From: an uncultured bacterium
GTDB taxonomy: Bacteria; Patescibacteriota; Minisyncoccia; Phycocordibacterales; CAIRYW01
DNA length: 64,000 bases
Direction: 5' to 3'
Assembly: GCA_903882905.1 (NCBI GenBank)
Contig: CAIRYW010000019.1
Location: forward strand, 1,406-65,405
The notes beneath the pieces are model-generated. The model saw only the letters and a program-made list of their open reading frames with translations, made no database searches and was not told the origin of the DNA. Below, one piece after another: positions 20,459-28,390 of the stretch (its first letter is position 1; the number at the start of each line of letters is the position of its first letter). Made by a program: the position numbers and the translations under genes.

Positions 20459-20531
20459 TGTCGGAGGTGGGGATCGAACCCACGACCCCAGGCTTATGAG
20501 TCCTGTGCTCTACCGACTGAGCTACCCCGAC
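20459..20531 (-). tRNA. tRNA-Met or tRNA-Ile2 (anticodon CAT), elongator type
   Basis: Reverse complement GTCGGGGTAGCTCAGTCGGTAGAGCACAGGACTCATAAGCCTGGGGTCGTGGGTTCGATCCCCACCTCCGACA folds as a canonical cloverleaf; G1-C72 pair, so not initiator-like; no encoded CCA. Confidence 0.85.
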
Positions 20532-20629
20532 AAATTCTCAATTTGTTATTTATACTACAAACCGGTATTTAAATAAAGATTTGACTTGAAATAGCTTTAA
20601 AATAAGAGTAAGATACTTGAACTTATATA

Positions 20630-20698
20630 GCGGGATGGAGGAGTAGTACCTCGTCAGGCTCATAACCTGAAGACATCGGTGCAAGTCCGGTTCCCGCA
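20630..20698 (+). tRNA. Non-canonical tRNA-like gene with CAT anticodon (69 nt; D-loop lacks GG, T-loop TGCAAGT)
   Basis: Acceptor GCGGGA/TCCCGC, D-stem GAGG/CCTC, perfect anticodon stem TCAGG/CCTGA with loop CTCATAA; atypical D and T loops. Confidence 0.45.
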
Positions 20699-20784
20699 AC
20701 ACGTAATACAATTTAAGCTTTCTTTTCTATTTTTTTTCTAAATATAGGTTAGCATAATTTCCTGTCACGGTATATAATTATATT

Positions 20785-21474
20785 GTGCCAATATATAAGG
20801 AAGTAAACAAAAAATTTTTCAAAAAATGGAATCCTGAGATGGCTTACGTTTTGGGTTTTTTTGCTGCTGATGGATATATAACGATAAATAAAAGAGGTGG
20901 TCATTTTTGGTCGATTCAAATTACAGATGAAGATTTACTTAATAATATAAGAAGAGTTATTAGATCAAATCATAAAATCAGTTCAAGAAAAAAAATCGGT
21001 AATAAGAAAATTAGTTATAGATTACAAATAGGAAGTATGGAAATGTGTGAGGATTTGTCCCAATTAGGATTTAGCGAAAGAAAAACGAAAAATCTTTCTA
21101 TCCCAAATGTTCCTGAAAAGTATTTCAAAGATTTTGTTAGGGGATATTTTGATGGAGATGGGAATGTTTGGGTTGGTTACACGCATAAAAAAAGTAAAAA
21201 TCCGCTTAATGTTGTTAGAACAGTCTTTACTTCTTGTGCTTTAGAGTTTCTTAGCACTTTAGGAAAAAGACTTGAAAAATTTTCAATATACAAAGGTGTA
21301 GTTAGTAAAGGAAAGGGAAATTACTACAGACTTACGTATAGTGTTCACGGTTCTTTAAAATTATATGATTTTATGTATAATGGTCTAAAATCAGATTTAT
21401 TTCTTAATAGAAAGAAAATGGTTTTTGATAGGTTTATCGAAAGTAGAAGAGTTGCGGCTGTAGCTCAACGGTAG
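20785..21474 (+). CDS. LAGLIDADG homing endonuclease (double-motif, free-standing)
   Basis: LGFFAADGYI and RGYFDGDGNV motifs; the last 21 nt overlap exon 1 of tRNA-Asp. Confidence 0.8.
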   Translation: MPIYKEVNKKFFKKWNPEMAYVLGFFAADGYITINKRGGHFWSIQITDEDLLNNIRRVIRSNHKISSRKKIGNKKISYRLQIGSMEMCEDLSQLGFSERKTKNLSIPNVPEKYFKDFVRGYFDGDGNVWVGYTHKKSKNPLNVVRTVFTSCALEFLSTLGKRLEKFSIYKGVVSKGKGNYYRLTYSVHGSLKLYDFMYNGLKSDLFLNRKKMVFDRFIESRRVAAVAQR

Positions 21475-21742
21475 AGCACTCCCCTGTAGAATACTGCAGC
21501 TTTCTGTCGAAATGGCAGATTGAAACTCTCTGGGATATCGGTGAAGGCTAAGTTTACAAACTGTAAATATGCGAATACCGAGGGAACCCCTTTGTTTAAA
21601 ACTTTGGGGGCGCCGTAGAGACTAGATACCAGAGCACCTAAACCTTGATTTATCAGGCACGGTGAAGATATAGTCCACGCCTTTATGAAAATATTGGATA
21701 AGTGCACGGGAGAGGTCGAGGGATCATCACCCTTCAGCCGCG
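21454..21742 (+). tRNA. tRNA-Asp(GTC) interrupted by a group I intron (exon 1 21454-21487, exon 2 21705-21742)
   Basis: Exons join to a canonical cloverleaf with anticodon loop CTGT|CAC, stems CTCCC/GGGAG, discriminator G; 3' flank is ...AAG, so no encoded CCA. Confidence 0.7.
21488..21704 (+). ncRNA. Group I intron (217 nt, ORF-less) in the tRNA-Asp anticodon loop
   Basis: 5' splice site after U (P1: exon CUGU with IGS GCAG at 21497-21500); P7-like GACUA 21620-21624 / UAGUC 21671-21675; terminal G 21704. Confidence 0.6.
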
Positions 21743-21922
21743 CAAGAAAAAAACGCCTAAAGGCGTTTTTTTTTGTGGCTGAGAAAGGTGTGGGACACCT
21801 TTCGCAAGGGCGATGATGGGCGCAACGATGTTTTGTCAGCAGACAAAACAGTGAGCTGGGATAGCAAAATTTCCGAGCGACGGCGAAGAAATATTTGTGA
21901 TCATCACCCTTCAGCCGCGCAA
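21743..21922 (+). mobile_element. tRNA-associated mini-element E1: terminator + ~150-bp element ending AAATATTTGTGATC, then a 24-bp direct repeat of the tRNA-Asp T-loop-to-3' end with a second terminator
   Basis: gatcatcacccttcagccgcgcaa at 21722-21745 repeated at 21899-21922; interior motifs gttttgtcagcagacaaaac and agcgacggc shared with E2/E3. Confidence 0.55.
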
Positions 21923-22029
21923 TAAAAATCCCCGAAAGGGGATTTTTTCGTGGTCAATAAAAGCATAAGTAACGAAATAGATAAACCTACGTCTTTTGTG
22001 TTGTCTAAATCTGGTATAATTTTCTACAT

Positions 22030-23067
22030 ATGAAAAACTCTCAAAAAGGATTTATTGGTAAATTAGTTCTAATTATTATCGCAATCCTAATTATAGGTGG
22101 TTTATTTTTATACTATCAAAATAATAATCAATCAAAAGTAAATAATAATGTGGTCGATAATTTTTTATCGAAATGTGGTTTTAAAGTAACTTCAATTACT
22201 CCAAATGAAAAAGTAAATTTTCCTTTAATTGTGAAAGGTGTGATCGATAATTCAAATGCAAAAACTCTTGGGTGCTCTTGGCAAATGTTTGAAGGTGAAG
22301 CTGGTGTAGCGCAATTATATTTCAATAATAATCAAAGTTGGAATCCGATTGGTGTCGGTGTACCAATAAATGTTGCTGATTGGATGACTACGTCGACTAC
22401 CTTTTCCGTATTACTTAACTTTAATAATGACGGAATTGGGTTGTCTACAGGAACTCTAATGAAAATTACTTTCACAGAAGAAAATCCATCAGGACAAGGA
22501 ATAACTGATTCAATAGATCTTCCTATTATATTCGGTAACATTTCCTCTGTCTCAGAAAATGCAGTCTATGAAAATAAGCTAAACGGTTTTTCTTTTTCCT
22601 ATCCAAGTAAATTTAGTCTCGCAGATAATGAAACTATTTTAAATCAACCTTGGGAATACAATACAACAGATACTGGAAATTTAATTGCAAGAGTTGTGAT
22701 CCCAAGAACTATTCAGCCGAAAACAAATTTTGGTGAAGCTTATTTCGATGTCGGTGTGAGCACGAGTACAGATTCAATAAAAAATTGTCTTATATCTTCA
22801 GGTGTTAATACAACAGATGTATCTAGTATAAGTATAAATGACCAGAGTTTTGAAGTTTTTCATTACAACGACGCAGGAGCTGGAAATTTTTATGATGTAA
22901 CAAGTTATCATACAGTCAAGAATGGAAAATGTTTTGTGCTGGAATCTTTTGTTCATTCGTCAAATATAGGGAATTATTCACCGGACCAAGGAATAAAAGA
23001 ATTCGATAAAATTTTAGTAAATAATATTTTGAAAAATATAGTTGAATCATTCCAGTTTTTAAATTGA
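22030..23067 (+). CDS. Hypothetical membrane-anchored secreted protein
   Basis: N-terminal TM (KLVLIIIAILIIGGLFLY), Asn/Ser-rich extracellular region; no recognisable domain. Confidence 0.5.
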   Translation: MKNSQKGFIGKLVLIIIAILIIGGLFLYYQNNNQSKVNNNVVDNFLSKCGFKVTSITPNEKVNFPLIVKGVIDNSNAKTLGCSWQMFEGEAGVAQLYFNNNQSWNPIGVGVPINVADWMTTSTTFSVLLNFNNDGIGLSTGTLMKITFTEENPSGQGITDSIDLPIIFGNISSVSENAVYENKLNGFSFSYPSKFSLADNETILNQPWEYNTTDTGNLIARVVIPRTIQPKTNFGEAYFDVGVSTSTDSIKNCLISSGVNTTDVSSISINDQSFEVFHYNDAGAGNFYDVTSYHTVKNGKCFVLESFVHSSNIGNYSPDQGIKEFDKILVNNILKNIVESFQFLN

Positions 23068-23082
23068 TTTAAATAAAAATAT

Positions 23083-23502
23083 ATGGAAGAAAAAGAATTT
23101 AGAGTTGGTGTCGGCGTGATGATTTTTAAAGAAAATAAGATTCTACTTGGCAAGAGAAAGGGAAGTCATGGGTCAGGAGAATTTTCTTTCCCAGGAGGAA
23201 AAATGGAATACAAAGAATCTTTCAAAGATTGTGTTTTACGAGAAATTAAGGAAGAGTGTGGAGTAGAAATCGATAATATTGAATTTTTGATTGTCGCAAA
23301 TATAAAACAATATTTACCAAAACATCATGTCCTTGTGGGCTTTAGAGCGACATGGAAATCGAGTGAGCCTGCAGTATTGGAGCCAGAAAAATGTGAAGGC
23401 TGGGGTTGGTACGACTTAGATAAACTACCTGAACCACTTTTTGAAGCATCAAAAATAATGATTGATGCTTATAAAGATAAAAGATCTTTCCTAGATAGCT
23501 AA
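23083..23502 (+). CDS. NUDIX hydrolase
   Basis: Nudix box GGKMEYKESFKDCVLREIKEECG. Confidence 0.8.
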   Translation: MEEKEFRVGVGVMIFKENKILLGKRKGSHGSGEFSFPGGKMEYKESFKDCVLREIKEECGVEIDNIEFLIVANIKQYLPKHHVLVGFRATWKSSEPAVLEPEKCEGWGWYDLDKLPEPLFEASKIMIDAYKDKRSFLDS

Positions 23503-24011
23503 ATAATCTTTCCTTTTAATATTTTCATTACGTCTTTTCTAACTGCCGGGATTTTTTTGTTTGCATCTATAAAAATTGCATCTTTAAACTTTGGCGCTGA
23601 ATAGCGTAAGCAATTTTTTTTGATATCTCTTATTGTTCTACATTTTTTTCTACTTCTAGCTCTTTTAATACTATTTTCTAATTTAGTTTTTAAAAAAAGA
23701 TGAATATAATTTATTTTTCCTATTTTTATTTTTAATTCCTTTATTAATACTACTGTCCATGAACTACTTATTACAACATTTATATTTTTTGCAATATAGG
23801 AATTAATCATGTCAATCATCACACGTCTTGTGAGATTGTGATAAGAAATATTTTTCTGAAATGAATTAATAAAATATTTTATTATATCCATATCCAAAAA
23901 AACTGTTTTATTTGGAAGTTTTTTCTTTAGGTAACTAGCAAGAGTTGTTTTACCGGCACCTATAGGCCCATTTATTAGTAAAACAAAAGGTTTTACTTTA
24001 TGAGTTTTCAT
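23499..24011 (-). CDS. P-loop NTPase / small kinase-like protein (AAA_33-like)
   Basis: Walker A LLINGPIGAGKTTLAS, DMD Walker B-like; 170 aa. Confidence 0.6.
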   Translation of the reverse strand: MKTHKVKPFVLLINGPIGAGKTTLASYLKKKLPNKTVFLDMDIIKYFINSFQKNISYHNLTRRVMIDMINSYIAKNINVVISSSWTVVLIKELKIKIGKINYIHLFLKTKLENSIKRARSRKKCRTIRDIKKNCLRYSAPKFKDAIFIDANKKIPAVRKDVMKILKGKII

Positions 24012-24084
24012 ATCTTCATTATATCACACTTTATAATAAAGAGCAATTAGCTAATAATAAGATAGTCTGTAGAATTATAAAACT

Positions 24085-24780
24085 ATGAGCAAGACTTTTT
24101 GGGAAAAAGAATATAAAGATCCAAGACATTTAGCGATGTCAGATGAGCCTGCAGAAGACTTAATTCATTTTGCTAAGTGGACAGTTAGGAATGCAGAATG
24201 GAATCCATTTCCAAAAGATGGCTTTACACTTGATATTGGTTGTGGAAATGGAAGGAATATTATAAATCTTTGTGAAGAATACAATATGCATGGATTAGGT
24301 ATAGATATTTCGTCTACTGCAATTGAACAAGCTACAAACAAGACAAAAACAAAAAATTTAAAAATTAATTACGTAATAATGGAGGTAAAGGATCGGCTAC
24401 CAATCGAAGATGCAACTTGTGACGTCGTTTTAGATATGATGACTTCACATTTTTTGAATGAAGCAGATAGAAAATCTTTGGCGTTAGAGATTGCAAGAGT
24501 TACAAAGCCCTATGGTTGGGTAATGTTTAAAACTTTTATTATGGATGGAGATAGTCATGCGAAAAGATTGATTAAAGAATTTCCAGCCGGAGAAGAGGGA
24601 AGTTATATTCATCCAAAAATAAAGGTTGCTGAACATGTTTTTACTGAACAAGAAATTTATGATTTATTTTCTCCGAATTTTAAAATATTTAAGATGTTGA
24701 AAAGTTATAAGCATGTTCTTGATGGCAAACCACACAAGAGGAGAACAGTTTCTGTTTATCTAGAAAGAAAGAGAGATTAA
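24085..24780 (+). CDS. Class I SAM-dependent methyltransferase
   Basis: Motif I LDIGCGNGRN, acidic post-I residue, motif II VVLDM. Confidence 0.7.
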   Translation: MSKTFWEKEYKDPRHLAMSDEPAEDLIHFAKWTVRNAEWNPFPKDGFTLDIGCGNGRNIINLCEEYNMHGLGIDISSTAIEQATNKTKTKNLKINYVIMEVKDRLPIEDATCDVVLDMMTSHFLNEADRKSLALEIARVTKPYGWVMFKTFIMDGDSHAKRLIKEFPAGEEGSYIHPKIKVAEHVFTEQEIYDLFSPNFKIFKMLKSYKHVLDGKPHKRRTVSVYLERKRD

Positions 24781-24796
24781 TAATTAATAAAAAAAT

Positions 24797-25228
24797 ATGC
24801 AATCAAAAGATTTAACAAAAGAAGCCCCAAGAAGTCCTTATGAATTAATTAATGGTTTTACTATCTTAGCAAGGACAATAGATAAGTGCAGAGCTGTTAT
24901 TGCTGAAACAAATGGAGAATACCACTTTGATTGTCCTTTGGATAAAGCTTTATTTGGTTTTAAAGGAATCGATGCAAACGAGTTTAAGGATTTTGTTGCA
25001 TCAGGTAGTAGTGATGAAGAAATCGGAGAGTGGGTTTTTGAACATGGAACTCAAAAAACAGTTGATGAAATAAAAACTTGGAGTAAACATTTTCATTCTG
25101 ATTTCTCTTACTCAACAGATCCAAATAAAAGCACTTGGTTTAAAGGTGAATGCGAAAGACTTGGACTTGATCCAATGAAAACAACCCTTTTTGATTATCT
25201 AGAAGTAGACGATAAGGCAAGTTTTTAA
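24797..25228 (+). CDS. Conserved hypothetical protein (DUF-type, 143 aa)
   Basis: Intact ORF after the methyltransferase; no clear catalytic motif. Confidence 0.45.
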   Translation: MQSKDLTKEAPRSPYELINGFTILARTIDKCRAVIAETNGEYHFDCPLDKALFGFKGIDANEFKDFVASGSSDEEIGEWVFEHGTQKTVDEIKTWSKHFHSDFSYSTDPNKSTWFKGECERLGLDPMKTTLFDYLEVDDKASF

Positions 25229-25285
25229 AATACTTTTTTTAAATTGAAAATACTGTCCGATTATAATAGTATGTGCTGACAACTT

Positions 25286-25552
25286 GCCGTTGTAGCTCAG
25301 TTGGTAGAGCACGTCATTGGTTAGTTAAATAGCCCATCATTTTGGAAACGAAATGATGAATCCCGAATTACGGTTAAAGTCCACGCAAGTGGGTAAGACC
25401 GTGGCGAGAAATCGCCCGAACGACTGACAAGGGACGCTAAACCGAAAAGGTATGTGTAAGATACAGTCTAATCCTTTTATAAGTCATTGCGGCGAAATAA
25501 AGGTAGGAAATGAATGACGAGGTCTCCGGTTCAATCCCGGACAACGGCTCCA
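25286..25552 (+). tRNA. tRNA-Thr(GGT) interrupted by a group I-like intron (exon 1 25286-25321, exon 2 25513-25552, encoded CCA)
   Basis: Acceptor GCCGTTG/CAACGGC, anticodon stem CGTCA/TGACG, loop TTGGT|AA, variable AGGTC, T-arm TCCGG-TTCAATC-CCGGA. Confidence 0.7.
25322..25512 (+). ncRNA. Group I-like intron (191 nt) in the tRNA-Thr(GGT) anticodon loop after position 36
   Basis: Insertion after U, terminal G 25512, P7-like GACUG / CAGUC pairing elements; no ORF. Confidence 0.5.
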
Positions 25553-25555
25553 TTT

Positions 25556-25587
25556 AAAAACCACCAGCAAATTTGCTGGTGGTTTTT
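25556..25587 (+). terminator. Bidirectional rho-independent terminator
   Basis: aaaaaccaccagcaaatttgctggtggttttt. Confidence 0.7.
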
Positions 25588-25613
25588 AATTTCCATAGAA
25601 TCAGATATCACAT

Positions 25614-25838
25614 TTAGGCAGATATTTTTGAAGATGAAACGCACGCTTTGCAAGTTTTTTTGTGAATTACAACTTCAACGATTGCAGCAACACCGACAAG
25701 AATGTAGACAATATTTGCTAAAGTACTTCCTGCTCCAAAAGCCATTGCGACTAAGTCCCATCCTCCAATTCCTACCAAAAGCCAGTTAAGGCCTCCAATA
25801 ATAAGAAGGATGAAAGAAATCATGTGAATAGTTTTCAT
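25614..25838 (-). CDS. DUF378 family small membrane protein
   Basis: GGLNWLLVGI...STLANIVYILVG signature, two TM helices. Confidence 0.65.
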   Translation of the reverse strand: MKTIHMISFILLIIGGLNWLLVGIGGWDLVAMAFGAGSTLANIVYILVGVAAIVEVVIHKKTCKACVSSSKISA

Positions 25839-26033
25839 AGAGTTTTGAAATTAAATTGTTAATTTCGACCTCGAGTCTGACACTTAAATTATAACACTTT
25901 ATTTAGAGTTATAGACACCTAAGAGAATAATGTTTGAGCCTTTGCAACAATTAATAAGGTTTGATGACTTTCATCTTGATTTAGAGACCATATTGAAATG
26001 TAATGGTACATTATCAAATTCGTCATATAGGTT

Positions 26034-26477
26034 GTGAGGAACATACCAAAAAAATATTTAATTGTGATTGGGGTTTTTGTTGTTGTTGTCTTGGTGTCAC
26101 TTTTTATTATATTTAATCCATTCAATCATCTCGATAGCGCCACACTTGCCGCAAGAAGAGGAGCTACCGAACTCTTATCAGTCACCATCATGACTGATTT
26201 AGTTAGTTACTATAATGTTGAGAGTAATTTTTTGGACTTCTCAAAAAGTCTTGCAGTAAAACAAAAAATTGCGGGGGAGATTTTAGATCTAAAAACAAAA
26301 TACGGAGGAGACTATGATTATAAAATTTTTGAAATATCAGAAAGGGGATTGTCTATTAAGACAGTCGAGAAAACTACGGGGACTTATTATTGTATCGATA
26401 ACGCAACCTATGTTCCTGTTGAAATTAAAAGCGATCAATTTACTGTAAATTCAGATTGTACTGGAAAAAGATTGTGA
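26034..26477 (+). CDS. Hypothetical membrane-anchored protein
   Basis: N-terminal TM, no known domain. Confidence 0.45.
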   Translation: MRNIPKKYLIVIGVFVVVVLVSLFIIFNPFNHLDSATLAARRGATELLSVTIMTDLVSYYNVESNFLDFSKSLAVKQKIAGEILDLKTKYGGDYDYKIFEISERGLSIKTVEKTTGTYYCIDNATYVPVEIKSDQFTVNSDCTGKRL

Positions 26478-26532
26478 TTTTTTTAAATTAAGTAATTGAT
26501 TTATTCGGTGCTATGTAATATCTTTTCTTAGT

Positions 26533-26608
26533 GCCGATGTAGCTCAGTTGGTAGAGCAGGCGCTTCGTAAGCGTCAGGTCGACAGTTCGATTCTGTCCAT
26601 CGGCTCCA
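26533..26608 (+). tRNA. tRNA-Thr(CGT)
   Basis: GCCGATGTAGCTCAGTTGGTAGAGCAGGCGCTTCGTAAGCGTCAGGTCGACAGTTCGATTCTGTCCATCGGCTCCA, canonical cloverleaf, encoded CCA. Confidence 0.9.
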
Positions 26609-26676
26609 TAAATATAGAATATCTATATTTAGAGAATCGAAAAGCGCAGATATATTTTTCTGGTAATATTGTATTA

Positions 26677-27549
26677 ATGAAAGAAGAAAAAGAGAAAAGA
26701 ATATTAGAAATAGAACAACTTATGACAGGCTCGGATTTTTGGGCTGATAAAGAAAAAGCTCAACTTTTGATTAAAGAATTACAGGAGTTAAAGACTACTG
26801 TTGAGGGCGGAAGTCCCTTTGATAGCGGAGATGCTATTTTGACGATTTTTTCTGGAGCAGGGGGAATTGATTCTGAAGATTTTGCCTCAATGCTTCTTTC
26901 GATGTACCAAAAATATGTTGCAAAGAGAGGATGGGGAACGTACTTGGTTCATGAAAATAAAAATGATCATGGTGGAATTCGCAATACTACTTTTGAAATA
27001 AAAGGAAAGAACGCGTATGGAATTTTAAAAAATGAATCAGGTGTTCATCGTCTTGTGCGACTTTCTCCGTTTAATTCAAAAAGTTTGAGACATACCTCAT
27101 TTGCAATGGTTGAAATAATTCCAAAGTTTGAAAAAAAAATGAATATAGAGGTACCAGAATCTGAACTTAAAATTGAATTTTCAAAATCTAGTGGTCCAGG
27201 AGGACAAAATGTAAACAAAAGAGAAACAGCTGTGAGGATTGTTCATGTTCCAACAAAAATTTCGGTGCATGTAGATTCTCAGAGGAGTCAGGGACAAAAT
27301 AAAGAAAAAGCACTTGAGATTTTAAAAGGCAAACTCTACACGATTTTTGAGGCAGAAAGAATTGCTCGAGAAAAGGGAATGCAAATATCTAAGACCACAG
27401 ATGTGGAGTGGGGAAATCAGATTCGCTCTTATGTTTTGCATCCATATAAGATGGTTAAGGACCATAGAACGAATGTTGAGACCGCAAATACAGAAGCTGT
27501 TTTAAATGGAGATATCGAAAAATTCTTAGAAGCCGAAAAATTTCTGTGA
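26677..27549 (+). CDS. prfB: Peptide chain release factor 2 (short N-terminal domain, no +1 frameshift site)
   Basis: SPF tripeptide (RLSPFNSK), GGQ (SGPGGQNVNK). The ORF-track start 26548 runs through the tRNA-Thr gene and is spurious; first ATG is 26677. Confidence 0.85.
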   Translation: MKEEKEKRILEIEQLMTGSDFWADKEKAQLLIKELQELKTTVEGGSPFDSGDAILTIFSGAGGIDSEDFASMLLSMYQKYVAKRGWGTYLVHENKNDHGGIRNTTFEIKGKNAYGILKNESGVHRLVRLSPFNSKSLRHTSFAMVEIIPKFEKKMNIEVPESELKIEFSKSSGPGGQNVNKRETAVRIVHVPTKISVHVDSQRSQGQNKEKALEILKGKLYTIFEAERIAREKGMQISKTTDVEWGNQIRSYVLHPYKMVKDHRTNVETANTEAVLNGDIEKFLEAEKFL

Positions 27550-27561
27550 AGAAATTTTGAG

Positions 27562-27665
27562 GCCCAGCACATAGTTTTTCTGATTTCGTGCCATGTTGGT
27601 CTAATTTTGATATAATTAATACACATTGAGTTTTAATTTTCTACCCAGAAAAACTATGTGCTGGG
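27562..27665 (+). repeat. CCCAGCAC-core IR element copy F (21-bp arms GCCCAGCACATAGTTTTTCTG / CAGAAAAACTATGTGCTGGGC)
   Basis: Perfect arms separated by 62 bp between prfB and ftsE. Confidence 0.6.
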
Positions 27666-27705
27666 CATTAATTTCTAAAACTCATTTCATTCGTTAAGAA
27701 ATTAT

Positions 27706-28386
27706 ATGATCTACTTTGATAAAGTTTCAAAAAAATATTCTGATACATCTACTGCTCTTGAAGAGATAACAATTTCTGTGGAACCAAAAGAGTTTGTTTC
27801 TATTGTGGGCCACTCTGGTGCAGGAAAAACGACGCTTCTTAAAATGATTTTAGGTGAAGAATCACCGTCACAGGGAAGTGTCTATTTTGAATCAGTAAAC
27901 ATTCATAAATTAGGGAAGCACGATATAAACAAATATCGCAGAAGAATTGGTACTGTTTTTCAAGATTTCAGACTTTTACCCCACTTAACAGTTTTTGAAA
28001 ATATAGCTTTTGCTATGGAAGCCTCAGGAAGAAGTGAAGAAGATATTGCTTCTGATGTTCCTCATGTTCTTGAATTGGTAAATCTTTCAGACAAGATCAT
28101 GTCTTTTCCAAGACAACTTTCTGGTGGAGAAAAACAAAGAGTTGCTATTGCGCGTGCGATTGTAAATCAACCAGATATTATTATTGCTGACGAGCCGACT
28201 GGAAACCTAGATCCAATTTCAAGTAGAGAAATTATTGATATCCTTCAAAAAATAAATGAATTAGGAACAGTAGTCATTCTTGCAACTCATAATAAAGAAA
28301 TTGTTGATTCACTTGGAAAGAGAGTCATTACTATGGAAAAAGGAAAAATTATTAGAGACAACAAGAAAGGTAAATTTGTGATGTAA
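27706..28386 (+). CDS. ftsE: Cell division ABC ATPase FtsE
   Basis: Walker A GHSGAGKTT, LSGGEKQRVAIARA signature, paired with ftsX. Confidence 0.85.
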   Translation: MIYFDKVSKKYSDTSTALEEITISVEPKEFVSIVGHSGAGKTTLLKMILGEESPSQGSVYFESVNIHKLGKHDINKYRRRIGTVFQDFRLLPHLTVFENIAFAMEASGRSEEDIASDVPHVLELVNLSDKIMSFPRQLSGGEKQRVAIARAIVNQPDIIIADEPTGNLDPISSREIIDILQKINELGTVVILATHNKEIVDSLGKRVITMEKGKIIRDNKKGKFVM

Positions 28387-28390
28387 AAAT

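Noticed and set aside
21454-21490. tRNA-Tyr(GTA) reading of the exon-1 anticodon region (CTGTAGA)
   Set aside because: It would require a long variable arm and a different 3' stem position. The short AGGTC variable loop, the G discriminator and the CTGT|CAC junction with a U.G P1 pair and terminal intron G fit tRNA-Asp better
26548-26676. N-terminal extension of the prfB ORF (ORF track starts at 26548)
   Set aside because: This stretch is the tRNA-Thr(CGT) gene itself (26533-26608). There is no ATG/GTG/TTG start or CUU-UGA frameshift site; the true start is taken as ATG 26677
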